Shown here: positions 30,179 to 40,298 of the stretch, one piece after another
Layout: each line of letters starts with the position of its first letter
How positions within the stretch are numbered: position 1 is the stretch's first letter
Source of the DNA: Candidatus Dormiibacterota bacterium
GTDB taxonomy: Bacteria; Chloroflexota; Dormibacteria; Aeolococcales; Aeolococcaceae
Direction of reading: 5' to 3'
DNA length: 64,000 nt
Assembly: GCA_963713485.1 (NCBI GenBank)
Contig: CAVQLW010000001.1
Span: 15,834 to 79,833 of the forward strand
The notes under the pieces: generated by a model
What the model was told of the DNA's origin: nothing
Seen by the model: only the letters and a program-made list of their open reading frames with translations
Database searches by the model: none
Position numbers and translations under genes: made by a program

Positions 30179-30236
30179 CCAGGGCGAAAGCGGCGGCGTG
30201 CTCTGATCTACTTCGAATCGAGGCATTCGCGCACAA

Positions 30237-31397
30237 GTGACCCAACCCACGTCCCGCCGGCGCGTCGTCCTGCTTGGCGCGACCGGATCGATCGGCAGAC
30301 AGGCGTGTGACGTGATCGCCCGCTTCCCCGAGCGTTTCGAGCTGGTCGGAGCGGTTGCCGGGAGCGATGCGGTCGCGCTCGCCGCCGTTGCGGCCCGATT
30401 CGACGTGCCGCGCATCGCGCTCGCCAATCCCGCGCCCGGGGCAACGCTCCCGGACGGATGCGGCACCGGCTTGGACGCCGCGTGCGAGATCGCCGCGATG
30501 GATGCCGACGTCGTCTGCGTGGCCATCACGGGCGCGGCGGCGATCCGGCCGACGCTCGCTGCGATCGACGCGGGCCGCACGGTCGCGACCGCCACCAAGG
30601 AGGTCCTCGTGATGGCGGGCGACCTGGTCCGGACGCGTGCCGCCGCGGCAGGTGCCCGGGTCATCCCCATCGACAGCGAGCACAGCGCACTCTGGCAATG
30701 CCTCCGCGGTGAGGATCGGGATTCCGTCGCACGCCTCGTGCTCACCGCGAGCGGGGGACCGTTTCTCCGCCGGCCGCTCGACACCTTCGCGACCATCACG
30801 CCGGCCGAGGCGCTGGCGCATCCCACCTGGAACATGGGCCCGAAGGTGACGATCAACTCGGCGACGATGATGAACAAGGGCCTCGAGGTCATCGAGGCGC
30901 ACTTCCTGTTCGACGCGCCCTACGCGTCGATCGACGTCGCCATCCACCCGACGAGCATCGTGCACAGCTGGGTCGAGTTTCGCGACGGCGCGGTGGTCGC
31001 TCAGATGGGAGTTCCTGACATGCGTGTCCCGATCGCGCTCGCCCTCGCAGACGGTGAGCGCCTTCCGGGCGTCGGGCCGCGTCTCGATCTCCGGGACGCG
31101 TCGCCGCTCGAATTCCACCCGGTCGACGGCGCGCGCTTTCCGGCGGTGGCGCTGGCGCGCTCGGCCGGGGAGCGGGGCGGGCTCGCGCCCTGCGTGCTCA
31201 ACGCGGCGAACGAGGAGGCGGTGAGCGCGTTCATCGGCGGGCGGTGCCGTTTCGATGAGATTGTGACCCTGGTCGGCGACGCACTCGCCGCGTTCGGCGA
31301 CCGCGACGCCGCCACGCTCGACGAGGTGCTCGCCGCCGACGCGTGGTCGCGTGAGCACGTGCGGGCCCACACCGTCGCCGCGGGTGCGGCGTCATGA
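30237..31397 (+). CDS. dxr: 1-deoxy-D-xylulose 5-phosphate reductoisomerase
   Basis: VVLLGATGSIGRQ, ATKEVLVMAG, PIDSEHSALWQCL, HPTWNMGPKVTINSATMMNKGLEVIEA. Confidence 0.95.
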   Translation: MTQPTSRRRVVLLGATGSIGRQACDVIARFPERFELVGAVAGSDAVALAAVAARFDVPRIALANPAPGATLPDGCGTGLDAACEIAAMDADVVCVAITGAAAIRPTLAAIDAGRTVATATKEVLVMAGDLVRTRAAAAGARVIPIDSEHSALWQCLRGEDRDSVARLVLTASGGPFLRRPLDTFATITPAEALAHPTWNMGPKVTINSATMMNKGLEVIEAHFLFDAPYASIDVAIHPTSIVHSWVEFRDGAVVAQMGVPDMRVPIALALADGERLPGVGPRLDLRDASPLEFHPVDGARFPAVALARSAGERGGLAPCVLNAANEEAVSAFIGGRCRFDEIVTLVGDALAAFGDRDAATLDEVLAADAWSREHVRAHTVAAGAAS

Positions 31398-32686
31398 CCC
31401 AGTTCCTGCTCTACGCCGGCGCCTTCATCCTCGTCCTCGTCTCGGTGATCACCATCCACGAGGCGGGTCACTTCGCGGTGGGGAAGCTCTCGGGCATCAA
31501 GGTCGAGGAATTTGCGGTCGGCTTCGGACCCAAGCTGTGGTCGAAGAAGATCGGAGAGACGCTTTACGCGATCCGCGCGATCCCGGCGGGCGGCTTCGTC
31601 CGCATGGCCGGCATGCTCGGCCTCACCGGCGAGGCCGATGCGGGGGAACGCAACTTCTATCGCGCGAGCCGCCCGCGGCGGTTCGCGACGGTGTGCGCGG
31701 GCATCGTCGCCAACTTCCTGTTCGGCGGCATGTGCTTCGCGATCGTCGACATGCAGCCGACCCCGTACCAGTACTCGGCGCACGCGGGCGCCGGGATCGC
31801 CGGGTTGCGGACGGGCGACGCCATCCTGGCGATCAACGGCGAGACGATCCGCCAGGACACGTACGCGCATGTCACCGCCGACCTCCACGCGGCCACCACG
31901 CGGAGCCGGGGCGTGACGATGACCGTCGTCTATCGCGCCACCGACGGCAGCATCCACACGACGCTCCTGAAGCCCCAGCTGACGATCGACAACGTTGCTT
32001 CGGACCAGTCTGCGATCGCCGGTGGCAAGCTTCCGGTCGGCAGCAACGTGGTGACGGCGATCAACGGCCAGCCGGTCGGAACCGGCGACCCCGCAACGAT
32101 CCTCGGCGGCGGCAGCCCGGTGACGATCAGCGGGTATCTCGAGAATGCGGACGGCTCCGCCGCGAAGCGATTCACCGACCTCAGCGTCACCGGGATCCAG
32201 GACGGGTACCTGACCAACGGCGAGATCCGTGCCGCGTGGATCATGGGCGTCAACCCGGGCTTCGACGGCGAGAGCATCCCGGCGGCGATCGCCACGGGAT
32301 TCAGCGCCATCCCCGGGTTCATCGGGGGTGAGTTCAGCGGCGTCTACGGTCTCATCGTGCATCCGCCGCAGGGCGGCATCAACGGGCCGCAGGGATTCAC
32401 CGGGCCGGTCGGCATCGCCCAGGAGACCGCCACCGCGACAAACAACGGGTTCCTCGGACCGAACGGTCTCGTGTGGTGGATCGGGTTCATCAGCATGAAC
32501 CTGGGGTTCGTCAACATGCTCCCGATCCCGTTCCTGGACGGGGGCAAACTGCTCTTCATCCTCATCGAGTTGGCGCGTCGCCGCAGGCTCGATCCGAAGG
32601 TCGAGGCGGTCATCACGGCGGTGGGACTGGCGGTCATCGTGATCTTCGCGGTGTATGTCACCATCGGTGACGTGAGCAGGCTCTGA
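31394..32686 (+). CDS. rseP: RIP metalloprotease RseP (M50 site-2 protease) with PDZ region
   Basis: HEAGHFAVGK (HExxH), IPAGGFVRMAGM, C-terminal NMLPIPFLDGG. Confidence 0.88.
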   Translation: MTQFLLYAGAFILVLVSVITIHEAGHFAVGKLSGIKVEEFAVGFGPKLWSKKIGETLYAIRAIPAGGFVRMAGMLGLTGEADAGERNFYRASRPRRFATVCAGIVANFLFGGMCFAIVDMQPTPYQYSAHAGAGIAGLRTGDAILAINGETIRQDTYAHVTADLHAATTRSRGVTMTVVYRATDGSIHTTLLKPQLTIDNVASDQSAIAGGKLPVGSNVVTAINGQPVGTGDPATILGGGSPVTISGYLENADGSAAKRFTDLSVTGIQDGYLTNGEIRAAWIMGVNPGFDGESIPAAIATGFSAIPGFIGGEFSGVYGLIVHPPQGGINGPQGFTGPVGIAQETATATNNGFLGPNGLVWWIGFISMNLGFVNMLPIPFLDGGKLLFILIELARRRRLDPKVEAVITAVGLAVIVIFAVYVTIGDVSRL

Positions 32687-32703
32687 GCGCGGGGAGGACG
32701 TCC

Positions 32704-33852
32704 ATGCCTGAGCGGCGCAAGACAGTTCCGGTGCGAGTGGGGTCGGTGGTCATCGGCGGCGCCGCGCCCATCGCGGTGCAGACCATGACCAAGACGCAGA
32801 CCGAGGATGCGGCCGGCACGATCGCGCAGATTCAGCGAGCGGCCGCCGCCGGCGCCGACGTCATCCGGGTCACGTGCGACACGCGCGAAGCCGCGGCGTC
32901 GCTGCACGAGATCGTGCGTGAGTCGCCGATCCCGGTGGTCGCGGACATCCACTACGACGCGCCGCTCGCCCTGCTCGCGCTGGAGGCGGGTGTGCAGTGC
33001 CTGCGCCTCAACCCGGGCAACATCACCGACAAGGCCAAGGTCGCGGATATCGCCCGAGAGGCGAAGTCGCGCAACGTCCCGATCCGCATCGGCGTCAATG
33101 CCGGCAGCATCCCGCAGCGGAAGGAGCTGACGCGCGGGCGCGGCGGCTCCATCGAGGAGACCGCACAGCGCATGGTCGAGGCGGCGCTGAGCCATATCCA
33201 CGTGCTCGAGGACCTCGACTTCCGCGACATCAAGGTTTCCCTCAAGGCGAGCGACGTGCTGACCAACCTGGCGGCCAATCGCGCGTTCGTGGCGCTCGGC
33301 AACCGCTATCCGCTCCACCTCGGGCTCACCGAGGCGGGGCCCGTCGACACCGGCAGCATCAAGAGCGCGCTCGGGATCGGGCTGCTGCTTGCCGAGGGAA
33401 TCGGCGACACCATCCGCGTCTCGCTGGTGGGCTCGCCGGAGGAGGAGGTGCGCGTGGCGCGCCAGATCCTCAACAACCTGCAGGAGCGGGGTGACGGCCC
33501 GAACCTGGTGGCCTGTCCCACCTGCGGACGCCTCGAGATCGACATGGTCCCGATGGTGAGCCAGGTTTCCGAAGCCCTCGCCGGCGTCAAGCGGACCATC
33601 ACCGTGTCGGTGATGGGCTGCGTTGTCAACGGTCCCGGTGAAGGGATGCATGCCGATATCGGCATCGCCGGCGGGCGGCAGAAGGGCATCCTGTATCGGA
33701 ACGGCAAGGTGGTGTCGACGCTGCCCGAGGGCGAGCTCGTCGCGGCGCTGCTCGACGAGTTGCACGCGATCGCGGACGAGGATGCACGGCTCATCGCCGA
33801 GGGCAAGCCGCTGCCCGTCGGGCTGAGCGAGCGCGAGGGCGTCCTCACGTAG
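32704..33852 (+). CDS. ispG: 4-hydroxy-3-methylbut-2-enyl diphosphate synthase
   Basis: VRVGSVVIGGAAPIAVQTMT, LRLNPGNI, CPTCGRLEIDM, VMGCVVNGPGEG. Confidence 0.95.
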   Translation: MPERRKTVPVRVGSVVIGGAAPIAVQTMTKTQTEDAAGTIAQIQRAAAAGADVIRVTCDTREAAASLHEIVRESPIPVVADIHYDAPLALLALEAGVQCLRLNPGNITDKAKVADIAREAKSRNVPIRIGVNAGSIPQRKELTRGRGGSIEETAQRMVEAALSHIHVLEDLDFRDIKVSLKASDVLTNLAANRAFVALGNRYPLHLGLTEAGPVDTGSIKSALGIGLLLAEGIGDTIRVSLVGSPEEEVRVARQILNNLQERGDGPNLVACPTCGRLEIDMVPMVSQVSEALAGVKRTITVSVMGCVVNGPGEGMHADIGIAGGRQKGILYRNGKVVSTLPEGELVAALLDELHAIADEDARLIAEGKPLPVGLSEREGVLT

Positions 33853-33863
33853 ACTGCTCCGCC

Positions 33864-35309
33864 ATGGCCGACGAAAAGCGGATCACGGCGCAGAGCGAGG
33901 ATTTCGACCGCTGGTACACGGACGTCGTCCGTCGCGCCGAGCTGGCCGATTATTCGCCCGTCCGCGGATGCATGGTGATCCGGCCGTACGGCTATGCGTT
34001 GTGGGAGTTCATCCAGGGCGCGCTCGACGCGATGATCAAGCGAACCGGCCACGAGAACATGTATTTCCCGCTCTTCATCCCCGAGTCGTATCTGATGAAG
34101 GAGGCGGACCACGTCGAGGGATTCGATCCGCAGGTGGCGTGGGTGACGCGCGGTGGCGGGAAGGACCTCGAGGAGCGTCTCGCGATCCGTCCCACCAGTG
34201 AGACCGTCATCTGCTCGATGTACGCGGACTGGATCCATTCGTGGCGCGACCTCCCCGTCAAGATCAACCAGTGGTGCAACGTCGTGCGCTGGGAACACCG
34301 CACCCGGCTGTTCCTTCGCACCACCGAATTCCTGTGGCAGGAAGGGCATACGTTTCACGCGCTCGACAGCGAGGCCGCCGACGAGGTCGAGGCCATGCTC
34401 GACTGCTACCGCGAGCTCACCGAGGAGTGGCTCGCGATTCCGGTGATCAAGGGGCGCAAGACGGAGTTGGAGAAGTTCCCCGGTGCCCGCTACACCGTGA
34501 GCATCGAGGCGATGATGGCCGACGGCTGGGCGCTGCAGTCGGGGACCTCACACCACCTCGGCCAGAATTTCACCCGCGCCTACGACATCTCGTACAGCGA
34601 CCGCGACAACCAGCGTCAGCATCCGTTCCAGACGTCGTGGGGACTGTCGACCCGGACCGTCGGCGCGGTGATCATGGCGCACGGCGACGACATCGGGCTC
34701 ATCCTCCCGCCCCGCGTCGCGCCGGTGCAGGTCATCGTGGTGCCGATCGTCCGCAGCAACGACGAGGACGGGACGCGCGTGGTCGAGGAGGCGGTGGCGC
34801 GTCTCGAGCGTGAGTGCCCCGCCGGTGTCCGGCTCCGCGTCGACCGCCGCGAGGGGATGCGGCCCGGCGAGAAGTACGCCCACTGGGAGCTGCGCGGCGT
34901 GCCGCTCCGCATCGTCGCGGGTGCCAAGGACCTTGCCGACGGCAACCTGACGCTCGTGCACCGCGTCGACGGCAGCCAGGAGACGGTGCCGCTCGCCGGG
35001 CTCGCCGCCCGGTTGCCCAGCCTGCTCGAGGCAGCGCAGCAGGCCGTGTTCGAGCGTGCCCGGCGCCGCCTCGACGAGCGCAGCGTCGACGTGACGACGC
35101 TCGATGAGCTGGTCGCCGCATTTGCCGAGCGTCCGGTCTTCGCCTCGGCCCCGTTCTGCAACACCCCGGAGTGCGAGGACGCGGTCAAGGGAGCCGTGCA
35201 CGCCCTGACGGTCCGCGTGCTCCGCGCCGACCGGACGCCTCATGGCGAACCCTGCCTCGCATGCGGGAAACCGGCCGAGTTCAGCGCCCTGCTCGCTCGC
35301 TCCTACTGA
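33864..35309 (+). CDS. proS: Proline--tRNA ligase, archaeal/eukaryote-like short type with C-terminal zinc-binding domain
   Basis: 481 aa, no INS editing insertion. FDRWYTDVVRRAELADYSPVRGCMVIRPYG, FLRTTEFLWQEGHT, GWALQSGTSHHLGQNF. C-terminus CLACGKPAEF..LLARSY*. Confidence 0.92.
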   Translation: MADEKRITAQSEDFDRWYTDVVRRAELADYSPVRGCMVIRPYGYALWEFIQGALDAMIKRTGHENMYFPLFIPESYLMKEADHVEGFDPQVAWVTRGGGKDLEERLAIRPTSETVICSMYADWIHSWRDLPVKINQWCNVVRWEHRTRLFLRTTEFLWQEGHTFHALDSEAADEVEAMLDCYRELTEEWLAIPVIKGRKTELEKFPGARYTVSIEAMMADGWALQSGTSHHLGQNFTRAYDISYSDRDNQRQHPFQTSWGLSTRTVGAVIMAHGDDIGLILPPRVAPVQVIVVPIVRSNDEDGTRVVEEAVARLERECPAGVRLRVDRREGMRPGEKYAHWELRGVPLRIVAGAKDLADGNLTLVHRVDGSQETVPLAGLAARLPSLLEAAQQAVFERARRRLDERSVDVTTLDELVAAFAERPVFASAPFCNTPECEDAVKGAVHALTVRVLRADRTPHGEPCLACGKPAEFSALLARSY

Positions 35310-36241
35310 GTTGCGTCAGGATCCTGCTGATCGGCGATCCGCTGGAGGTGCGCCCAGAAAGCGTCGACGGCGGGCGTGTGGAGATCGCGCCGGCGGGCGG
35401 CGGCGAACGACTGCGAGACGCCGCGGCCCGGCATCGGGATGATCACCAGCTCGCCGTTGACGATGTCCTGTTCCACGACCGATCGCGGCATCGCGGCGAA
35501 GCCCAGCCCGGCGAGCAGCGCGGCATGGAGCGCACCCTCCTCCAGCTCGAGGGTGTTGTCCGGGTCGACGTGGGTGCCGAGCGCATGAGCGGCGAGCGCC
35601 TCGGTCGCGCTACCGCGCTCGTGGGCGAGATGGCGATGGTTCACGAGGTCCCGGGCGGGCGTGCGGCTCGACGCGAGGGGATGGTGCGCCGCCACCACGG
35701 TCACGAGCTGGGTGTGCTCGAGCACGATCGTCTCGACACCCGGTACCCGCACCGCCGACCCCGCGAGGATGATGTCCGCGCGGCCCTCGACGAGCATCGT
35801 CACCAGTGAACGCATGGGCGCCAGGGCGAGCCGGACGTTGATCTCCGGATGCTCGGCGACGAAGGGCGCGAGCCACCCGGAGAGCCGGTGGGCTCCCATG
35901 ACGCGCCCCGCCGCGACGGTCAGCTCGCCGCGCTCGAAGGCGAGGTACCCGGCGCGCAGCTCCTCGATCTGACCCACGTCCTCGAGCACTCGCACGGCGA
36001 GCTGGCGCAGCGCCCTCCCGACATCGGTGAGCTGGACGTTGCGGCCGACCCGCTGGAGCAGGGGGAGCCCGAGGGTCGCCTCGAGGCGGCGGACCACGCC
36101 GCTCACGGAGCCCTGCGACAGGCCGAGCGCCTCCGCGGCGGCGGTCACATGCTCGCGCTCGGCGACGGCAAGGAAGGTGTGAAGCTGATCGAGCGTGATC
36201 CGCGGACGCGGGTGCCGCGGACGCGATTGCGGCGTTCGCAT
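35303..36241 (-). CDS. LysR family transcriptional regulator
   Basis: ITLDQLHTFLAVAEREHVTAAAEALGLSQGSVSGVVRRLEATLGLPLLQR. Start ATG 36241, 8 nt after the cysC stop. 3' end overlaps the proS 3' end by 7 nt (convergent). Confidence 0.85.
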   Translation of the reverse strand: MRTPQSRPRHPRPRITLDQLHTFLAVAEREHVTAAAEALGLSQGSVSGVVRRLEATLGLPLLQRVGRNVQLTDVGRALRQLAVRVLEDVGQIEELRAGYLAFERGELTVAAGRVMGAHRLSGWLAPFVAEHPEINVRLALAPMRSLVTMLVEGRADIILAGSAVRVPGVETIVLEHTQLVTVVAAHHPLASSRTPARDLVNHRHLAHERGSATEALAAHALGTHVDPDNTLELEEGALHAALLAGLGFAAMPRSVVEQDIVNGELVIIPMPGRGVSQSFAAARRRDLHTPAVDAFWAHLQRIADQQDPDATQ

Positions 36242-36248
36242 CGGAGCG

Positions 36249-36791
36249 TCAGCTGCGGGTGGTCGGTTCCGGGAGGAGGCCGCTCGCCTCGATGGCCGCA
36301 AGCACCGCCGCGACGGATTCCTCGATTGTCTGGGTGCCGCTGTCCACGACCACGTGGGGCTCTTCCGGGGCCTCGTACGGGTCGGAGACGCCCGTGAAGT
36401 GCTGGATCTCGCCGGCGAGCGCCTTCTTGTACAGGCCCTTCACGTCGCGCTCCGCGAGCACGTCGATGGAGCAGCGCACATAGACCTCGACGAACCGGCC
36501 GATCCGGTGACGGACCTCGGCACGGGTGTCGGCATACGGCGAGATGGCGGCGGTGATGGCCACGACCCCGTTGCGGGTGAGCAGCTCCGCCACGAACCCG
36601 ATGCGCCGGATGTTGATGTCGCGGTCTTCCTTGGTGTACCCGAGCCCGGCGCTGAGCGTCTGGCGCACCTCGTCCCCATCGAGGACCTCCACGCGGTATC
36701 CGCGGTCACGCAGCTCGGCGGCGACGCGCTGGCCGATCGTGGACTTGCCGGCGCCGGACAACCCGGTGAACCAGATCGTCAGCCCGCTCAT
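36249..36791 (-). CDS. cysC: Adenylyl-sulfate (APS) kinase
   Basis: IWFTGLSGAGKSTIG (P-loop), LDGDEVR, FVEVYV.C....L..RD.KGLYKKA. Confidence 0.93.
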   Translation of the reverse strand: MSGLTIWFTGLSGAGKSTIGQRVAAELRDRGYRVEVLDGDEVRQTLSAGLGYTKEDRDINIRRIGFVAELLTRNGVVAITAAISPYADTRAEVRHRIGRFVEVYVRCSIDVLAERDVKGLYKKALAGEIQHFTGVSDPYEAPEEPHVVVDSGTQTIEESVAAVLAAIEASGLLPEPTTRS

Positions 36792-37996
36792 GACGCCACC
36801 GGCGACGCGGAGATGGCGTAGGCGGCGTGGAGGACCTCGGCGACCTCCGGCCTTGTGAACTCATGGGGTACCGGGTCACCACGTGTCAGCATCTCGCGCA
36901 CGCGCGTGCCGCTCAGGATGACTCGCTCGTCTGCCCCGTGAGGGCAGGTCTTGGTGCTCGCCATGCCCTCGCACGCCCGGCAGTAGAAGGAGTGCTCGAA
37001 CTTGTACGCGGAGAAGCCGAGCCGCTCGGCGCCGCCAAGCTCGTCGAAGAGGACCTGGGCGTCGTAGGTGCCGTAGTAGTTCCCGACGCCCGCGGCGTCC
37101 CTGCCGATGATGAAGTGGGAGCAGCCGTAGTTGCGCCGGACGAGACCGTGGTAGATCGCCTCCCGGGGCCCGGCGTAGCGCATTGCGCCGGGGAAGAGGC
37201 CGAGCACGACACGGTTCTGCGGGTAGTACCGATCGAGCAGGACCCGGTAGCACTGCATGCGAACGTCGAAGGGCACGTCGTCACCCTTGGTCGCACCCGA
37301 GAGCGGGTGGAGGAGCAGGCCGTCGACCTGCTCGAGCGCCACCTTGGTGAGGTACTCGTGGGCGCGATGCACCGGGTTGCGGGTCTGGAATCCCACCACG
37401 GTCGACCACCCGCGCTCGGCGAACGCCGCACGGGTCTCGGTGGGGGTGGTGGGAAACTCCTCGGCCGGCGGCGGGGCGACCCGCACGGGCCCGGCGATCG
37501 TGGTGCTGCCCTGCGCGAAGAGCGCGGCGACACCGGGGTGCGCGGTGTCGTTGGTCCGATACACCTCTCGAGCCTCGGCATCGAGATCGCGCTCGAAGAC
37601 TTCCAGCACGGTGAGCGCGCCGAGCAGGCGATTGCCGTCGTCTCGAAGCGCCACGACCGCGCCCTCGTGGGGCGGCTTCGCCGCGTCGCCGGCCGGAAGG
37701 GTGATCGGGAGCGTCCATGGGGTGCCGTCGGCGAGCTCGGCCCGGCTGACGACGCTCTCATAGTCGGTTCGCCCGAGGAACCCGGTCATGGGGGAGTACG
37801 CGCCGCTGCCGAGCAGCGCGAGATCGGCGGCCGCGGTGGGAGGGATGCGGAGCGCCACCAGCTCGTCCGAGCGCGCTGCGAAATCCGCGAGCTCGTCCGG
37901 GGTCATCATCAGATCGATCAGCGTCCCCCCGAGCGGTGTGATGAGGCCCCCCTCGTCAGCCACCCGGGGCGCGCGTGATTCCTGCGTCATTTCCAC
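36788..37996 (-). CDS. sat: Sulfate adenylyltransferase (ATP sulfurylase)
   Basis: VVGFQTRNPVHRAHEYL, HFIIGRDAAGVGNYYG. C-terminal Cys/His-containing region. ATGA overlap with cysC. Real start may be ATG 37990. Confidence 0.9.
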   Translation of the reverse strand: MEMTQESRAPRVADEGGLITPLGGTLIDLMMTPDELADFAARSDELVALRIPPTAAADLALLGSGAYSPMTGFLGRTDYESVVSRAELADGTPWTLPITLPAGDAAKPPHEGAVVALRDDGNRLLGALTVLEVFERDLDAEAREVYRTNDTAHPGVAALFAQGSTTIAGPVRVAPPPAEEFPTTPTETRAAFAERGWSTVVGFQTRNPVHRAHEYLTKVALEQVDGLLLHPLSGATKGDDVPFDVRMQCYRVLLDRYYPQNRVVLGLFPGAMRYAGPREAIYHGLVRRNYGCSHFIIGRDAAGVGNYYGTYDAQVLFDELGGAERLGFSAYKFEHSFYCRACEGMASTKTCPHGADERVILSGTRVREMLTRGDPVPHEFTRPEVAEVLHAAYAISASPVAS

Positions 37997-38127
37997 CAGT
38001 GTACCGGGTAGCCCCGCCCGAGCCGCCTCGCATTCCCATCACAGCCGGTGAACGATCTGTCAAAAGCCGGTGTCCTGACCGCAAGGTGGTTTGATCGCGC
38101 GATGCGGGATCTACACTCGTAAAGGCC

Positions 38128-40260
38128 GTGCCCATCACCGAGCTCATGGCCCGTGTCGACTACCTCCCCGAGGAGGATCGCAGCACGATTCGTCGTGCGT
38201 TCGACGTGGCCGACCGCGCGCATACGGGACAGGCCCGGCTCACGGGCGAGCCCTACATCGAGCATCCACTCGCGGTCGCCGGCATCCTCGCCGACCTCCG
38301 CCTCGACCCGGAGACGGTCATCGCCGCGCTCCTTCACGACACCGTGGAGGACACCGAGCTGACACGGGACGAGGTCCGCAAGCTCTTCGGCGACCAGGTG
38401 GCCAAGCTCGTGGACGGGGTGACCAAGCTCGGCAAGATCCACGTCCGCAGTGCCGAGGAGCACCAGGCCGAGAACATCCGGAAGATGCTCGTCGCGATGG
38501 CCGAGGACGTCCGGGTCGTCCTCATCAAGCTCGGCGACCGCCTGCACAACATGCGCACCATCAGCGCGCACACCACCGAGCGCCGCCTCCGGATCAGCCG
38601 CGAGACGCTCGACATCTATGCACCGCTGGCACACCGGCTCGGCATCTGGGAGATCAAGGGCGAGCTCGAGGACCTCGCCTTCCTCCAACTCGACCCCGAC
38701 AACTACCACCTCATCGAGGCGCGCCTGGCGATCAGCCGCGAGCAGCGCGACGCGTTCGTTCGGGACGTGACGGAGATCCTCGGTCGCGAGTTCGCGCCGC
38801 TCGGCATGCACGCGGAGATCTCCGGGCGCACCAAGCACACCTACAGCATCCACGAGAAGATGCTGCGAGGCCAGAAGGAGTTCGGCGAGATCTACGACAT
38901 CATCGCCATCCGCGTGCTCGTGGACTCCATCAAGGATTGCTACGGCGCGCTGGGCATCGTCCACTCGCTGTGGAAGCCGCTGCCGGGGCGGTTCAAGGAC
39001 TACATCGCGATGCCCAAGGGCAACGGCTATCAGTCGCTCCACACGACCGTGCTGTCGCATACCGGCGAGCCCATGGAGGTGCAGATCCGCACCCAGGAGA
39101 TGCACGAGACCTCGGAGTACGGCGTCGCCGCGCACTGGCGCTACAAGGGCGGCCAGAACGGCGCGCGCATCGACGAGCGCTTCACCTGGTTGCGCCTGCT
39201 CATGGACTGGCAGAAGGAGGTGCTCGACGCCGAGGCGTTCGTGAACACCGTCAAGGTCGACATCTTCCAGGACGAGGTCTTCGTGTTCACGCCACGCGGC
39301 GACGTGCGGTCGCTGCCGCAGGGTTCGACCCCGGTCGACTTCGCGTATCGCATCCACACCGATGTCGGCCACAGCTGCATCGGCGCCAAGGTGAACGGCC
39401 GCATGGTGCCCCTCGACCACCGCCTGGAGAACGGCGAGATCGTCGAGGTCCTCACCACCAAGGGGCTGCACGGGCCGTCGCGGGACTGGCTGAACTTCGT
39501 GAAGACCTCGAGCGCGAGGGAGAAGATCCGTCAATGGTTCAAGCGGGAGCGCCGCGACGAGAACATCCAGAAGGGCCGCGAGATGCTCGACAAGGAGTTC
39601 CGCCGCCTCCGGCAGATGGCGCTCGGCAGCGTGAAGGAGGATCAGCTCCTCGAGCTCGCGCAGGAATTCAAGATCGCGACGATCGACGACTTCGTCGCTG
39701 CGATCGGGTACGGCGACATCAGCGCACGGAGCGCCGTGCTCAGGTTCGGCGCCGACGCGCAGCAGAGCGACGACGATCGCATCCTCGGCATCCCGCTCAC
39801 GAGCACACCCGCGCCGACCGGTCACGTCCGCGTGCACGGACACGTGGACATGCTCACCACCCTGGCGCACTGCTGCAAACCCGTGGCCGGCGACGCCATC
39901 CGCGGCTATGTCACGCGCGGCAAGGGGGTCACCGTGCACCGTGCGGACTGCGTGAACGTGCGCAACGCGACCGACGTGGAGCGGATCGTCGACGTCGAAT
40001 GGGAGACCGGAGCTCGTCAGGTGTATCCCGTGAGCATCAAGATCGAAGCCTGGGACCGCACCGGGCTCCTGCGCGACATCGCCGCGGTCATCGCGGAGTT
40101 GAAGATCAACCTCAGCGGCGCGGACGTGCAGGTGTACGACGACAAGACGGCGGTCATCAGCACCATCGTCGAGATCCAGAATCTCTCCCAGCTCAGCCGC
40201 CTGCTCGAGCGACTCGAGTCGGTGCGCGACGTGCACACGGTGGCGCGCGACGGCGGTTGA
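38128..40260 (+). CDS. rel: Bifunctional (p)ppGpp synthetase/hydrolase Rel (RSH long form)
   Basis: HD domain GEPYIEHPLAVAGILA...ALLHDTVEDT. Synthetase SGRTKHTYSIHEKM, GYQSLHTTV. TGS (VFVFTPRGDVRSLPQGSTPVDFAY) and C-terminal ACT-like domains. Confidence 0.95.
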   Translation: MPITELMARVDYLPEEDRSTIRRAFDVADRAHTGQARLTGEPYIEHPLAVAGILADLRLDPETVIAALLHDTVEDTELTRDEVRKLFGDQVAKLVDGVTKLGKIHVRSAEEHQAENIRKMLVAMAEDVRVVLIKLGDRLHNMRTISAHTTERRLRISRETLDIYAPLAHRLGIWEIKGELEDLAFLQLDPDNYHLIEARLAISREQRDAFVRDVTEILGREFAPLGMHAEISGRTKHTYSIHEKMLRGQKEFGEIYDIIAIRVLVDSIKDCYGALGIVHSLWKPLPGRFKDYIAMPKGNGYQSLHTTVLSHTGEPMEVQIRTQEMHETSEYGVAAHWRYKGGQNGARIDERFTWLRLLMDWQKEVLDAEAFVNTVKVDIFQDEVFVFTPRGDVRSLPQGSTPVDFAYRIHTDVGHSCIGAKVNGRMVPLDHRLENGEIVEVLTTKGLHGPSRDWLNFVKTSSAREKIRQWFKRERRDENIQKGREMLDKEFRRLRQMALGSVKEDQLLELAQEFKIATIDDFVAAIGYGDISARSAVLRFGADAQQSDDDRILGIPLTSTPAPTGHVRVHGHVDMLTTLAHCCKPVAGDAIRGYVTRGKGVTVHRADCVNVRNATDVERIVDVEWETGARQVYPVSIKIEAWDRTGLLRDIAAVIAELKINLSGADVQVYDDKTAVISTIVEIQNLSQLSRLLERLESVRDVHTVARDGG

Positions 40261-40298
40261 GCCGGCGCGACAGCCTGGTGTCGCGATGTCCGGCGACC

